Positions 18,301 through 28,042 of a DNA stretch of 35,442 bases are shown here, piece by piece. The notes below the pieces were generated by a model. It was not told the DNA's origin. It saw only the letters and a program-made list of their open reading frames with translations, and did no database searches. A program made the position numbers and the translations under genes. The stretch spans positions 1 to 35,442 of the IMG/VR virus record IMGVR_UViG_3300022909_000064; one strand, given 5' to 3'. Numbering within the stretch: position 1 is the stretch's first letter; every line of letters begins with the position of its first letter. The stretch comes from a virus (lineage: Duplodnaviria > Caudoviricetes).

Positions 18301-21300
18301 CTGCTCTAGCTCGTAGTAACTGTTGACTATGCCAGAGTGAAGCGAATGCTTTACCCTGCTAACTAGATTCCTTCGTATAGACTCGTTAAGCTTAAACTTC
18401 TTCTCAACACCTGCACGGGTGAATGCATCAGAAAAAGACTGATTACCAATAATCCATTTTAAAATCTTTTGGAAACCTGAAAGGTTTTTCTCTATAACGG
18501 GTGAATCAAGATCTTGACCAGAACTAGCTTGGTCTTGCAGAGACTCGTAGTCGTTTATGTCATCATGTATGTTTTTAGATATACCAGCACCAAGGTCGGT
18601 TCCTATGGCATCAAGAAGGTCAGGGCTTATGGAATTTATGGAGGTAGTATCTCTGGCAACAGCAGATATACCAGCACGATCAATGGGCTGACCGCTTACT
18701 GTATTGACCTCTCCGCTCTCATAAAAAGAAGCTGGATCTGATTTTGCGAAGGCGATCATGAAGGCAGTCTGCAACCTTGCGTAGTTATAGCTTCCGTCTT
18801 TGTTTTTGAATATCTCTTCAAAACCCTGAGCTACAACCTTTTTACCATCTTCGCCTTTTGCCTCAACCTTATGTAGAGAGCCTTTGTATATAACTAAATC
18901 GCCTATCTTTTTTGCATCTAACTGCTTTCTATTACTTACGACATCTAAGCCCATAAGAGCTACGAAAGAAGATTTGTACTGCTCTTTAGTTTGAGAAAAT
19001 ACGCCATTCATATTCTTGACGAACCTATCCATAGATTTGTTGTCAGAAAATGTAAGGGTCTGGATGACTCGACCTTCTTGCTTAATATCTAAAACGCCAG
19101 TATTTGTTCTAAGAAATAAAGATTTTCTAGGAGAGTACTCTCTTTGCTTTGCACCCTCTATAAGCTTATCTATAAAATTAAGATATGTCTCGGGAGGTAT
19201 GAGATTCATTCTTCTTCTTCTTACATTACCTCCGTCATTCATGAAAATTGCGTTTCCAGAGTATGACGAAAGTCTTGTCTTCTTTAACTGGTTTTCCTTG
19301 CTAGCGTCTCTTAAAAGACCTGAAAGCTTCTGGATTGCTGTTTCTAATGTAGAAGAATCTGGAACTTTAAACTTCTTGATACCACTCTTAATACCAAACT
19401 TATTAAGATGATCTAGGATGGCGTTTTGAACCTCTGTTAGGGGTGCTTTAGATAGAAAACCATAATATGCCTCTAGAGCTACGGAAAAATCATTCTCTCT
19501 CTGAGGTACGATTTCTGAAAGGATGTCTAATATGGTATTGTCCTTACCGTTCTTAGACTTGTATATGCGGTTGGATAAAAACTCTGTATCTCTATCTATC
19601 CAGCCTTTTAGTTCTTTATCTTGTGAAGCAGGGTTATTAGCAGTTAAAAACTCGTCTAGCCCGTTATCTTGCATCGTAGGTTTCCAACCTCCCCTAGCAT
19701 CTTTTTGAGGGTCTTTCGCAACCTGGGCAGAGGAGCTTAAGGGAGACTCAGACCATATTGAAAGAGCAAGCATCTGAGGGGTTATAAAATAACCTTCTTC
19801 AGACATAGCACCGTGCAGCTTCTCCTCGGCTGCATAGAACCTATCGCTAGCTTTTAATAACTCATTACGGACTGCTTCTAGTTTAGATAGCTTGTTGTAG
19901 TCATCTATATCCAGAGCGAGGCCAGATTCTGATGATTTTATATCGAGCTCCTCGTTACTCTGCTCAATGAACCTTAAGATGTCTCTCTTTGTAGGCCTTG
20001 TTTTGATAACCTCATCGGGAACGCCAATCTCCTTAAGCACACTGTCGTCCAAGGCAAGAGAGGCTGGCTCTGACATTTTTTGCTGAAGATCTAGAAGTGC
20101 ATTGTGGTACTCATCTATATCAGAAGCACGCTCGGAGTTGTCTAGCTTTATAGTAGTTTCCTCTGACTCAGGGTCTAGTATGATATATTGACGAGAATCT
20201 AATACATCATCATGATTCCTACGGCTAAGACCTAAATCAGCAAGGAGTTGACTAGACGCGTGTTGGGCTAAAATAGCAGACTTCTGACTTTCAGTAAATG
20301 TTGCTCCAGCGGGGCTAGATGCAAATTTCCTATACTTATTTAAAATATCTCCGTGGGTAACTGTACCCTTACTAGAGTCTGTGTATGCAACAGAGGTCTT
20401 ACTTGTGGATGAGACCTTCCTCCGTATAGGGTCTTGAGGGTGGACTGTTGACTGTTCTTCGCCAGTTGATGCTTTTACATCGCCAATCTTGTCCTCCTGC
20501 ATGATTTTTTCATAAGCAGGAAATGTTTCTCTGTAGAAACTGTCTAGATTTTCATGAGACCACAGGTTTGATATTAATCCGCCCTTGTTGTCTGGGTCTA
20601 AAGCGTGAACTTTTCTCAAAACCTCTAGGTTGAACATCCTAGCATTCATCGCTGACTTAGGCATACCCATAGCAAGAAGCTTAACAAGACGAAGGAAGGA
20701 CTCGTGTATCCTCATCTTCTCTTGCTCCCTAAGAATCTCGGTCATTATCTCAAACGCTTCAGGGCCGTCGTAGAAATTCTTAACCTCTTTCTTCTCTACT
20801 TTTTTAGCTTTTGGCCTTTCGTTCTTAACTAAGTTTTCATAACTCTTGATGTAGGCATCTCTTTGTTTAACTAAAGAATCTATATCTGGTCTGTAACTTG
20901 GATCGGACTCCATATAAACAGCATCTAGCCCTGCAACTCTAATCTGTTCGTTTAGTCTATAAAAGCCTTCTAGGTATTCCTTCTTGAGTTTCGAAAGCTC
21001 TCTTTGATTAGAATTTTCTAAAAATCTTTGAGCAGCAGCAACCTCGTTGTACTGGGTGTTCATCCACTGAATTGTAACCTTACTTGGGTTGTTTCTAATT
21101 AAATCAACTGCCTTTATTCGGTCTATAAAAGCCTTTACCTCCTGTCTGGTGACTATCCCTTTTATCGGCATGTTATTTACCTCATCTAGGATAGAACGCT
21201 TTTCTTGATCTGTTAGGGCTGAAGCGTACAAGTCGGCATACTTCTGGAAAATAGGTGAACGCATAAAAGGGATAACCGACTCAAGCTCCTTCTCTGCGTT

Positions 21301-24300
21301 TTGAATAAAATAGTCAGGATCAAAATCTTTTAGCCTTTCCTCTCTTTCCTTAGCGGTCTCTTTACGCATAGAAAGATAGGGGTTTAATTTTACTACACTT
21401 CTTCGAGTCTCCTCGTCAAACCACTCTGGATCAGAGGCCGAAGGCGTAAAACCTGCACTTCCGTCCTCTCTCCTTTTAGACTCTTCGGTACGAAAGTCTT
21501 GAGGGTCTTGAGTCCTCATATCTTCCAGTTGAACGGGTACATCCTTAACAAACCTATTTCCGAAACTCACATTCTTGTTTCCCGAAAGATCGAGTAGCAT
21601 GTCGTAAAGAATACTGGCCTCATCCCTCTGCTGACCTTCCTTGAAAGTCATGCCTTGGAAGTCGGAAAAACCTAAAGATTTATGGAACTGATTGTTTATG
21701 TCTTCTAGGAGAGCACTAAACAATGGTCTTTTAATGTCTTCGTAATTATCAACCTTTTTTACAAACTCACGAATTAATGGTTTGTCCAGCTTACGCTTTC
21801 TTCCAGACTTTGTGAAAAGCCTGATTGCTTCATTTGTCTGAAATAGATTCTCCTCTAATAGTGAAATCTCATGGCTAAGCTTAGCTAACAAATGCTCATT
21901 TCTTTTCTCTTTACTAAGCTGCTTCTCGATAGCGGCTTTCTTGCTTTTAATCTGATACTCGAATGTATCAACAAGGTTGAAAGGCATGTCTGGGTATGCT
22001 AGGAAAATCTCAAGCATTGTAGGGTTGTAATCAACCTGACCAGTCCGCCCTACCTCCCTCTGGGTATTTCTAACAATGGTATTCCAGTTATTATTAAAAT
22101 AGTTTGGAAGACCTGAACCAGAGGTTATTCCGTTAAACGAAAAAGGTACTAGCTTTAAAATGTCATAAGCTCTTTGAATGCCCTCCTTCTCCTCCTTACT
22201 TATGCTTGGGTCAGCGAGAAGGCTTTCATATCTCTGCTTTTGATTTTTAGAAAGACTCGGTCTTTTATCCCCTATAAATTTTAAATTATCTAAAGTATTA
22301 AGGCTCTCCTTTATTACTTTTACATTCCTAGCAAGACCGAAGTTATCTATAGCAATCTCACCATTCTCATCTGTAGTCAGAACCTCAAAAGATGGCTTTC
22401 CGTCAACTTCGGTAAAACCTAAATGAACAGGACCGCGAATACCAAATACCCCAGACTCTTCTGGGAAAGTCCTTTTAAATATATCCTCGACCTCCATCTT
22501 TATTCTAAGCGGGAAGTGGTAGTTAGCTTGATACCCTCCATCTGCTGCCATGACAAGATGCTCAGAGTAAGATAGAGAAATATCATCTCTATTTATTTCT
22601 TCATACTTAACGCCGTCAAAAGAGTACCACTTACCTTCATCCTCAACAAATATCTCTATACTTGAAGGTTTTGGTCGGTTGTTGGCATACTTAGGATCTG
22701 CCTGTGCGGAGTAATACTGATCTAAGAAGAAATAAAGCTTATACCCTACCTCACCTGTAGGAAATTTATCAGGTACTAAAGGGAACCCCTTAGCACTAGA
22801 GAAGACAGGGTTTTTCTCGTAGAACTTCTTCATCTCAGGAGAAAGGTCTCTGAGTGATTTAGTGAAACCTATAAACCGTCCTTTATTTGCAGACATGTTT
22901 GGTTTGTTAGATCTCCTATTACCAAATGCATCAAATGCAGAAGTCGGGTTTAATGTGGAGTAATAGAAACGCTTAAGTTTGTTATAGTGAGTAGTACTTC
23001 TCTCAGCGTTTTCCTGATTAAGCTGTGAAATGAAGTTATTTGCTGACATCACTGCTATGTCTTTTATGTCAGCGGTTTTTAAAACATTTGTCTCTATTGA
23101 GCCATCTTTAGCACCTATCTCATCAGAGCGAGAAGGGTATGTATTTTGAACTGTTGGTATCCCGTAGAATTTTGCGATCTCGTTAAGATAAAGATCAAAC
23201 CCGAGACCGCCGTTAAGTTCCATTTTGTAAGCTTCAGCGGTTTCTACTTCAACAGGATTAAGCTTAATGCTTTTATCTAACAGTTTTTCAGATACAGAAG
23301 GATGGATAACACCATCTATGATAGTAGCAAAAACAGATGTACGACTACTTACACCATCTTTTTCTCTGCCTTCGAGCTGATTTAAAAGACCTAGACTATC
23401 AAGTTCAGTAAAAGCAGTTTTAACCTGCTCTTCATACTGCGAAATCGTAGACTTAAGGGCATCTTTCTGTTTAGCCGCTAAAAACAAAGTTCTAAAGTCA
23501 TGCAGAATAGACATGAATTTGTCTTGCTTAATCTTTAAATCAGACGCTTTAGCAAGATTTGACCTAAGCTCGGACTGTAGACCTTGAAGGTTTATGTTGA
23601 ATATCGATAAAGACTCACCCTCAGGGTCTATAATAGTTTTAAAAAATTCAGGATCGATTAGGGAAACAGCTAGATTCTTTTTAGATAAGCTGTTGAGTAA
23701 TGCCTTACGCTTTTCTAAATAATCCGCCTCTAGTAATTCACTACTCTTCTTAATCGGAGAACCTTCAGTGTTTGAAGACCCCTTCTTGCTAGGGTCTTTT
23801 TTAAAAGTGGACTTGCCGAGAGTCTCCTGGTTTTTGTAGTCGAAAGTCTTTGACCTGTCCTTAACAACCTCATTGTAGTACTGATCAAGGGCGTCTAGCT
23901 CGGGGGACTGATTGGAGAAATAATCTTCTATATTTCCTGATAAACTAAGCTGTCCGTTTTCTACAATAAACTGATTTGGTTTAGCTTTAAAATAAAAACC
24001 CTGATCAACGGCTTGCTTGATGTATTTATCTACAATGTACTTACTTAAAGTTGAGAGAGGTCTTTCGACACCTGTTCCAAGAAGTTTAAAAAGCTGGGTA
24101 AGTTTTACTGCAACTTTAGTTGAGGAGAAATCTACACTATCTTCAGGTCTGCTTAAACCTACGATTTCGGGAGCGTTGAGGTCGGTAAAACGGTTTTGCT
24201 CCTCCTTTAGTAAATCATTTAAAAGCTTTTCAGAATCTTGCTTAGTTAGGTTCCTGCCCTGGATAACCTGAGAATATGCAGCGAAACCGCTTAAACCTCC

Positions 24301-27300
24301 AGCAACAAGCTCCCTGCCCTCCTCATACGCAGACTTCTCTACATTCTTTACAGGGCTTTTAAGCTCCTTCTTTTTTGGTGCTGGTTTCTTTGGTGCTGGT
24401 TTCTTTGGCTTAGGCTCAGGCTCCTTAAACACAGGTTTAGCCTCTGGCTTGGGTTCAGCTTTGGGCTTCTTAGGGGTCTCCTTTTTGGGCTCAGGCTTGG
24501 GCTCAGCTTTTTTTGGTGCTGGTTTCTTTTCTGCGGGTTTTGGTTTTGATTCAGGCTCTTTCCCTTCATTAAGCACCTCGTTAACCAGAGCTGAGTAAGA
24601 CTCAGTAGAATACTTATTGCTGGTGGCCTTCCTTAACCGATTTAAAACTTCAGAAACTGGCTTCCCTTGAGCGTTATGTTTCCTGACAAGTGCTTTTGCT
24701 TTATCGTATTTCTCTTTCGGAAGTGCTGGTTTCTTAGTCTCGGCAGAAGCCTTCGGCTTCGCCTCGCTTGGGGCTGTTTTATTCTCTACTTTAGGCTTGG
24801 GCTCAGGCTTGGGCTCAGGCTTTATGTCTGGAACAGGTTGAGTAGAAACTGGAGCGTTATCTACACGCTCAGTAAAATTCAAACGATCCAGTAGATACTG
24901 CTCAAAATCTATTCTTTCTTTACTGCCCTTTTGACCAGGTGCTAAGTCGGCTGTACTGAAAATGTTTTTAACAAGCTCTTTTAAAATCTTTATAACCTTT
25001 TTGAGCTCGGACTTGAGCTTAGGCTCCATAGAAAGATCATCGCCTTTTAGAACACGGGACATCTGCATCGCAAGCCACTCAGATCTAGCGAGAGATTTAT
25101 TGCTTTTTAACTTTTCGTAAGCTTCTTTTCTACGGGATTCAGAAGTGTTTTTATTTGAGTACTCAAGTATAGAGGCTTCCTTCTGCTCGTCAGTGAGCAT
25201 ATCGTAAAAAGATTCGACGACACCTTCGTCTAATAAAAACTTTTCAGCTAGGTGATTCGACTCATGCAAAAAGGCATCTACAAGACCTAGCTCGGAGTTT
25301 TTGATGGTATTAAGGTTCAGGAAGAATATAGCCTCCCCTTTTTCGCCACGCCTAAAAGTAGCAGCACCGTCTTTCTGATTTAAGATGAAATGGATGTTTT
25401 TTGCGTCTACTCTCGACTCTTGACTGTATATAATATTGTCAAAAATAGCCTGAACTCCAACAGCTTCCATTTCAGACATCTCGTAACCGTTCTCAGAAAG
25501 CTGAGTGCTGAAAGCATCATAGCTACCAGGAGACATTGTGAGAGAGTTATAATTTGTGCCCCTGCTTTGGATTGTGTGGAATGAAGAGCCGTCTTGAGAA
25601 GGTGCTTGTTCTGGAGTGACTACCTTTGGATCCTCTTCACCTTCAACTAAATCTTTAGGCTTTCTCGGTGTATTCTTCTCCCACGCGTCTTGAACTTTTT
25701 GATCCTTAAATATTGCACGGCCAGTCCCTATAACTGCACCTGCTGAGCCAGGACCAAACTCAATAGCACCTTCTAGGAAAATGTCGTCCCAGGGTGTTTG
25801 CTCGCCCTCCTCTCGTGATAGCAAGTAGCCAGTGCCTTCACCTAGCATACCACTAGCAGACCCAGCTACAATCTCGGCAGATGAGTTTAATATAGCCTGA
25901 CCGCTTCTTGACAGACCCATCATCTGAGATGGTTTACTTAAGGCTTTAGAAATGCGACCAGCGAACAAACCACCTACTGTGTCCCAGAATGCAACACCCC
26001 CAGCATAATAGACTGCTTTCTTACGCATCTTCCTTGAGATCTCCTCGTTAGACCAAGCTGCTGCGAAATGCTCAGGGTTGTTGATGTCAACGCCTAGACT
26101 TCCAAGATCTTCGAGAACTTTGCCGATGTAAGAAACTTGAAAAGAGGCTAAACCGAAACTACCAGAAGCACCTAATCTGAAATTTCTCCCGAATACTTTA
26201 CCTAGTGTCTTGTTTGGTTTTTTAGTAACTAAAGCCTCAATCAAGGAAGCCCCGATCATGTAAGGACCTGCGTCCATTAAATTCTTTAAGAAAGCAGGAA
26301 GTAGACTACCCATCGACTCTGCAAATATCTCAGACATTACGACAGAGGCACTGCCTTCGTAATCATCACCGAACAGCTTTTTGAAAGCTTCTATAGGGTC
26401 TTTAGACTGGTTCTCTAGGAGCTTTAAATAGTTTTCTGTGTCTTTCTGCCTGGGGTTGTCCAGCTCTGCTTTAGCTGCTTCTACAATCTTAGATATTGCT
26501 GAGTCGTCAATACCGCCATCACCCGCTAATATGCGAATAAGATTCCTAGGAGTTCCCTGCTCCCTGTCGTACCCTCGAATAGAACCTTTGTATAATGCCT
26601 GACCTATTCTATAAAGATCTCCGAGCCAGTGCTGGGATGACTTTCTTTTCACTAATTCATTACCTAAATCAGCGGACTCGGCACGACCCAACGCCTCCTG
26701 CCAAGCAGAGAAAGCCATGTCTTTGGCTTGCATCCTTTTCTCATTCCCTGGCTTACCCCAATTGCTCCATGCCTCGACCCCTAACTCTGTATAAAGAGCG
26801 TGAGCTTTTAATACAGAAGAGACTACAGAAAGAGATGTTATCTTGTCCTCACCGCCTTCTTCTTCAATTACCTCATTTATAGGACGACCCTTGTACTGAG
26901 ATATACCAGCTTTTCTTAAAAGATCTAAATCTAATACGAAACGCTCTTTCTCAGTCATACCTACAGGATGACCTCCAGCCATTCCTTTACTAGAGAAGAA
27001 GCCTCCCATATCCTTGAAGTCGCGGGACTCCTCTCGGTCTGCCATAAGACCCTTAAGGGTTTCTCTTAATTCTGCCCGAGCTTTGTGATTTAAACTAGAA
27101 AGAACATACTTAGCAGTAGGATCTATGTCTCCTAGTTTTGAGTCTAAAAGATTTTGTGCAGCATCATACTCCGCCTTCCACTGATTGTACTTCTTGCCAG
27201 ATCTTTTAGGAACACCCTGTCCGCGAACATCCCCTATATAAGGATCGTAATCTGCAAACTTGGCTTTGTTTTTTGCTGCCTGAGCTTTTGCCTGTTTTAG

Positions 27301-28038
27301 CCAGACAGGTGCTTGTGTCTTTATGATGCCAGGGATGCTCGCCTCAAAATCTCTAAACTGACGATGTTCGATCTCTCGATCTAAGCTTCTTTTTTTATAA
27401 AGATCTTTCTGCTCAATTAAACGAGCTTCTTGTTTTTTTAAGTTAGCTAAGCTGTTTAGTTTTTCAGGGCTAGCGAACTGTTTAGCTTTTTCGTAATCTT
27501 CGTCTTTACCTAAAGTAAAAAAGGACTCACCTTCAGCAAGACGCTTGCTTGCGGAATCCATCTGGAATGACATCTCCTGCAAGTACTGAGATCTGTCATC
27601 ATTTTTAAAATCAGGTATTTCTTCCGACCCAATATAACTAGAATATGCGGGAACTACTGCATCAGAGTAAAACTTATCTAGCTCCATTTCGCTAAGCCGA
27701 TACCTGTTGTCAGCATCGCTTTTAAGCGTATCTATTTTTTTCTTAGCTTGCTTGAAATTCTCAAACCTTCTGTAGAGCGGTACAGAATCTGGGTCGTATC
27801 CAGGACCTTCTACAGGGTCGTAAAATCCATCACTATCTATATTAGAATCTACCTCTTGAGGCTGAGATTCGTATGCCTGTGCAGGTTGCTGTGGGACATA
27901 CATCGATTGGTTTGGAGACCTCCTTACACGAGGAGATGTGTTGTCTATTTCAATACCATCAAAAAAAGGGTCTTTTGAAGGAGTCCTTTTAGAGTCATCA
28001 AAAGGGTCTTTGAATAGAGGATCGTCTAATCCTGACAT
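15370..28038 (-). CDS. Giant virion internal/ejection protein of the large polyvalent protein class (4222 aa) with HExxH motif and C-terminal LPD38-like domain
   Basis: 12.7-kb uninterrupted ORF. DPF repeats at the N-terminus; Gly/Ala hydrophobic helices ~25720-26330; HESNH at 25252-25266; Pro/Lys linkers 24350-24840; ENATR...TVDFNRKG...FPFF and WDRLSSWEK...PLPYG...NSNFMGNPI...ISPSTIDH...FGTMG (~15800-16670) match LPD38-bearing C-termini. Confidence 0.85.
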   Translation of the reverse strand: MSGLDDPLFKDPFDDSKRTPSKDPFFDGIEIDNTSPRVRRSPNQSMYVPQQPAQAYESQPQEVDSNIDSDGFYDPVEGPGYDPDSVPLYRRFENFKQAKKKIDTLKSDADNRYRLSEMELDKFYSDAVVPAYSSYIGSEEIPDFKNDDRSQYLQEMSFQMDSASKRLAEGESFFTLGKDEDYEKAKQFASPEKLNSLANLKKQEARLIEQKDLYKKRSLDREIEHRQFRDFEASIPGIIKTQAPVWLKQAKAQAAKNKAKFADYDPYIGDVRGQGVPKRSGKKYNQWKAEYDAAQNLLDSKLGDIDPTAKYVLSSLNHKARAELRETLKGLMADREESRDFKDMGGFFSSKGMAGGHPVGMTEKERFVLDLDLLRKAGISQYKGRPINEVIEEEGGEDKITSLSVVSSVLKAHALYTELGVEAWSNWGKPGNEKRMQAKDMAFSAWQEALGRAESADLGNELVKRKSSQHWLGDLYRIGQALYKGSIRGYDREQGTPRNLIRILAGDGGIDDSAISKIVEAAKAELDNPRQKDTENYLKLLENQSKDPIEAFKKLFGDDYEGSASVVMSEIFAESMGSLLPAFLKNLMDAGPYMIGASLIEALVTKKPNKTLGKVFGRNFRLGASGSFGLASFQVSYIGKVLEDLGSLGVDINNPEHFAAAWSNEEISRKMRKKAVYYAGGVAFWDTVGGLFAGRISKALSKPSQMMGLSRSGQAILNSSAEIVAGSASGMLGEGTGYLLSREEGEQTPWDDIFLEGAIEFGPGSAGAVIGTGRAIFKDQKVQDAWEKNTPRKPKDLVEGEEDPKVVTPEQAPSQDGSSFHTIQSRGTNYNSLTMSPGSYDAFSTQLSENGYEMSEMEAVGVQAIFDNIIYSQESRVDAKNIHFILNQKDGAATFRRGEKGEAIFFLNLNTIKNSELGLVDAFLHESNHLAEKFLLDEGVVESFYDMLTDEQKEASILEYSNKNTSESRRKEAYEKLKSNKSLARSEWLAMQMSRVLKGDDLSMEPKLKSELKKVIKILKELVKNIFSTADLAPGQKGSKERIDFEQYLLDRLNFTERVDNAPVSTQPVPDIKPEPKPEPKPKVENKTAPSEAKPKASAETKKPALPKEKYDKAKALVRKHNAQGKPVSEVLNRLRKATSNKYSTESYSALVNEVLNEGKEPESKPKPAEKKPAPKKAEPKPEPKKETPKKPKAEPKPEAKPVFKEPEPKPKKPAPKKPAPKKKELKSPVKNVEKSAYEEGRELVAGGLSGFAAYSQVIQGRNLTKQDSEKLLNDLLKEEQNRFTDLNAPEIVGLSRPEDSVDFSSTKVAVKLTQLFKLLGTGVERPLSTLSKYIVDKYIKQAVDQGFYFKAKPNQFIVENGQLSLSGNIEDYFSNQSPELDALDQYYNEVVKDRSKTFDYKNQETLGKSTFKKDPSKKGSSNTEGSPIKKSSELLEADYLEKRKALLNSLSKKNLAVSLIDPEFFKTIIDPEGESLSIFNINLQGLQSELRSNLAKASDLKIKQDKFMSILHDFRTLFLAAKQKDALKSTISQYEEQVKTAFTELDSLGLLNQLEGREKDGVSSRTSVFATIIDGVIHPSVSEKLLDKSIKLNPVEVETAEAYKMELNGGLGFDLYLNEIAKFYGIPTVQNTYPSRSDEIGAKDGSIETNVLKTADIKDIAVMSANNFISQLNQENAERSTTHYNKLKRFYYSTLNPTSAFDAFGNRRSNKPNMSANKGRFIGFTKSLRDLSPEMKKFYEKNPVFSSAKGFPLVPDKFPTGEVGYKLYFFLDQYYSAQADPKYANNRPKPSSIEIFVEDEGKWYSFDGVKYEEINRDDISLSYSEHLVMAADGGYQANYHFPLRIKMEVEDIFKRTFPEESGVFGIRGPVHLGFTEVDGKPSFEVLTTDENGEIAIDNFGLARNVKVIKESLNTLDNLKFIGDKRPSLSKNQKQRYESLLADPSISKEEKEGIQRAYDILKLVPFSFNGITSGSGLPNYFNNNWNTIVRNTQREVGRTGQVDYNPTMLEIFLAYPDMPFNLVDTFEYQIKSKKAAIEKQLSKEKRNEHLLAKLSHEISLLEENLFQTNEAIRLFTKSGRKRKLDKPLIREFVKKVDNYEDIKRPLFSALLEDINNQFHKSLGFSDFQGMTFKEGQQRDEASILYDMLLDLSGNKNVSFGNRFVKDVPVQLEDMRTQDPQDFRTEESKRREDGSAGFTPSASDPEWFDEETRRSVVKLNPYLSMRKETAKEREERLKDFDPDYFIQNAEKELESVIPFMRSPIFQKYADLYASALTDQEKRSILDEVNNMPIKGIVTRQEVKAFIDRIKAVDLIRNNPSKVTIQWMNTQYNEVAAAQRFLENSNQRELSKLKKEYLEGFYRLNEQIRVAGLDAVYMESDPSYRPDIDSLVKQRDAYIKSYENLVKNERPKAKKVEKKEVKNFYDGPEAFEIMTEILREQEKMRIHESFLRLVKLLAMGMPKSAMNARMFNLEVLRKVHALDPDNKGGLISNLWSHENLDSFYRETFPAYEKIMQEDKIGDVKASTGEEQSTVHPQDPIRRKVSSTSKTSVAYTDSSKGTVTHGDILNKYRKFASSPAGATFTESQKSAILAQHASSQLLADLGLSRRNHDDVLDSRQYIILDPESEETTIKLDNSERASDIDEYHNALLDLQQKMSEPASLALDDSVLKEIGVPDEVIKTRPTKRDILRFIEQSNEELDIKSSESGLALDIDDYNKLSKLEAVRNELLKASDRFYAAEEKLHGAMSEEGYFITPQMLALSIWSESPLSSSAQVAKDPQKDARGGWKPTMQDNGLDEFLTANNPASQDKELKGWIDRDTEFLSNRIYKSKNGKDNTILDILSEIVPQRENDFSVALEAYYGFLSKAPLTEVQNAILDHLNKFGIKSGIKKFKVPDSSTLETAIQKLSGLLRDASKENQLKKTRLSSYSGNAIFMNDGGNVRRRRMNLIPPETYLNFIDKLIEGAKQREYSPRKSLFLRTNTGVLDIKQEGRVIQTLTFSDNKSMDRFVKNMNGVFSQTKEQYKSSFVALMGLDVVSNRKQLDAKKIGDLVIYKGSLHKVEAKGEDGKKVVAQGFEEIFKNKDGSYNYARLQTAFMIAFAKSDPASFYESGEVNTVSGQPIDRAGISAVARDTTSINSISPDLLDAIGTDLGAGISKNIHDDINDYESLQDQASSGQDLDSPVIEKNLSGFQKILKWIIGNQSFSDAFTRAGVEKKFKLNESIRRNLVSRVKHSLHSGIVNSYYELEQMNELMIQDLIKQGVIDPNNKADMDSVRLNQKIRLYTGKTGVEVDEAKAQYETPFMEKISELNVEDPLKFFGDFAYARFAKIRNKYIREKYKKSPMLEGKDKEGNILGSGMSEKEADRILKTTEKHPEFKKLDSIVKDFDKMNMDTLRILVEGEVLSADQFARLKKAATNEKGEFVWAPLRGFEKEMIDDYPTGLDMIQEMVHIDEVSGAQGTGSGFSQTGGRLALTAALGRTTKANSHEIWGNAFRSNLEAVLRANKNKETSRGLLDLLNMVNKDEKLKKEWGGIFQIVRPIDLGKHSETKKVLKLSYDPDLGEDKSYFQEMEVNALELEDNVFTVRVKGEPVYIIFKGDTGKRISDALKNKNNFQMGPILRAFGIASGFFSSIYTVWNLDFILTNFFRDFVSGVLNLKSDQETRDIAKQIVDPRSMYGNFKGMYAVAKARRAGKSMDSVLSDSDRRFLNEVMKKDRNDITEEELTKLFQNPAMTAIAMQKAGGKVEFFGLIDAEKKTSDIIRKLKRFQKSGKPFNSRNAGTVFFDWVNDINTGVENATRMQAFKVMVMNGATFQNAAYKGGREGTVDFNRKGNYTNVFNALFPFFGAGISGNARLVRALTSPDMGGSTEFKQRLLMKIIMGGFAYSLLMRLYAGEDEETEEQHWDRLSSWEKKHGLNIFLKPNGDGGRVVAPLPYGWNLPYGIGATLADFAVDSAGKADRKYGAFEAASEVLSSAMDTFHPMSGGTGLGRVIPHAVRPIYEISYNSNFMGNPIRPERSPFEKGEKPDSQLYFSSVNPISKDLTKTLNKLTGGNENQSGFVDISPSTIDHTFSYFFGTMGRQIMAISGFGYDKLKGKTPNIGSTRAIPVVSRLYKDETRDTQMQSRYYDLSKLTGSYDTHYQYLLKNGRGREAKDFYNKNKNYFKIYSLISSQKSRSGKMKRDINKRIKSGIDRSKIQPLEDRLYRERIKGMSSILKQARTLEIYI
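24350..24840. repeat. Pro/Lys/Glu-rich coding repeats (KPEP and KKPAP units) in the giant protein
   Basis: 12-bp GGCTTGGGCTCA repeats near 24794-24820 and 24495-24506; 15-bp TTTGGTGCTGGTTTC repeats near 24374-24408. Confidence 0.9.
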
Positions 28039-28042
28039 ATCT

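Noticed and set aside
20695-22150. Virion RNA polymerase in the giant protein: VPFSFNGITSG (like T7 motif A), IHESF (like motif C IHDSF) and DFDPD (like the two-barrel DxDxD)
   Set aside because: Both would-be catalytic Asp positions are Asn and Glu, no motif B (R-x3-K-x7-YG) lies between them, and IHESF and DFDPD sit in charged helical context. A dead polymerase fold can only be excluded by structure prediction.
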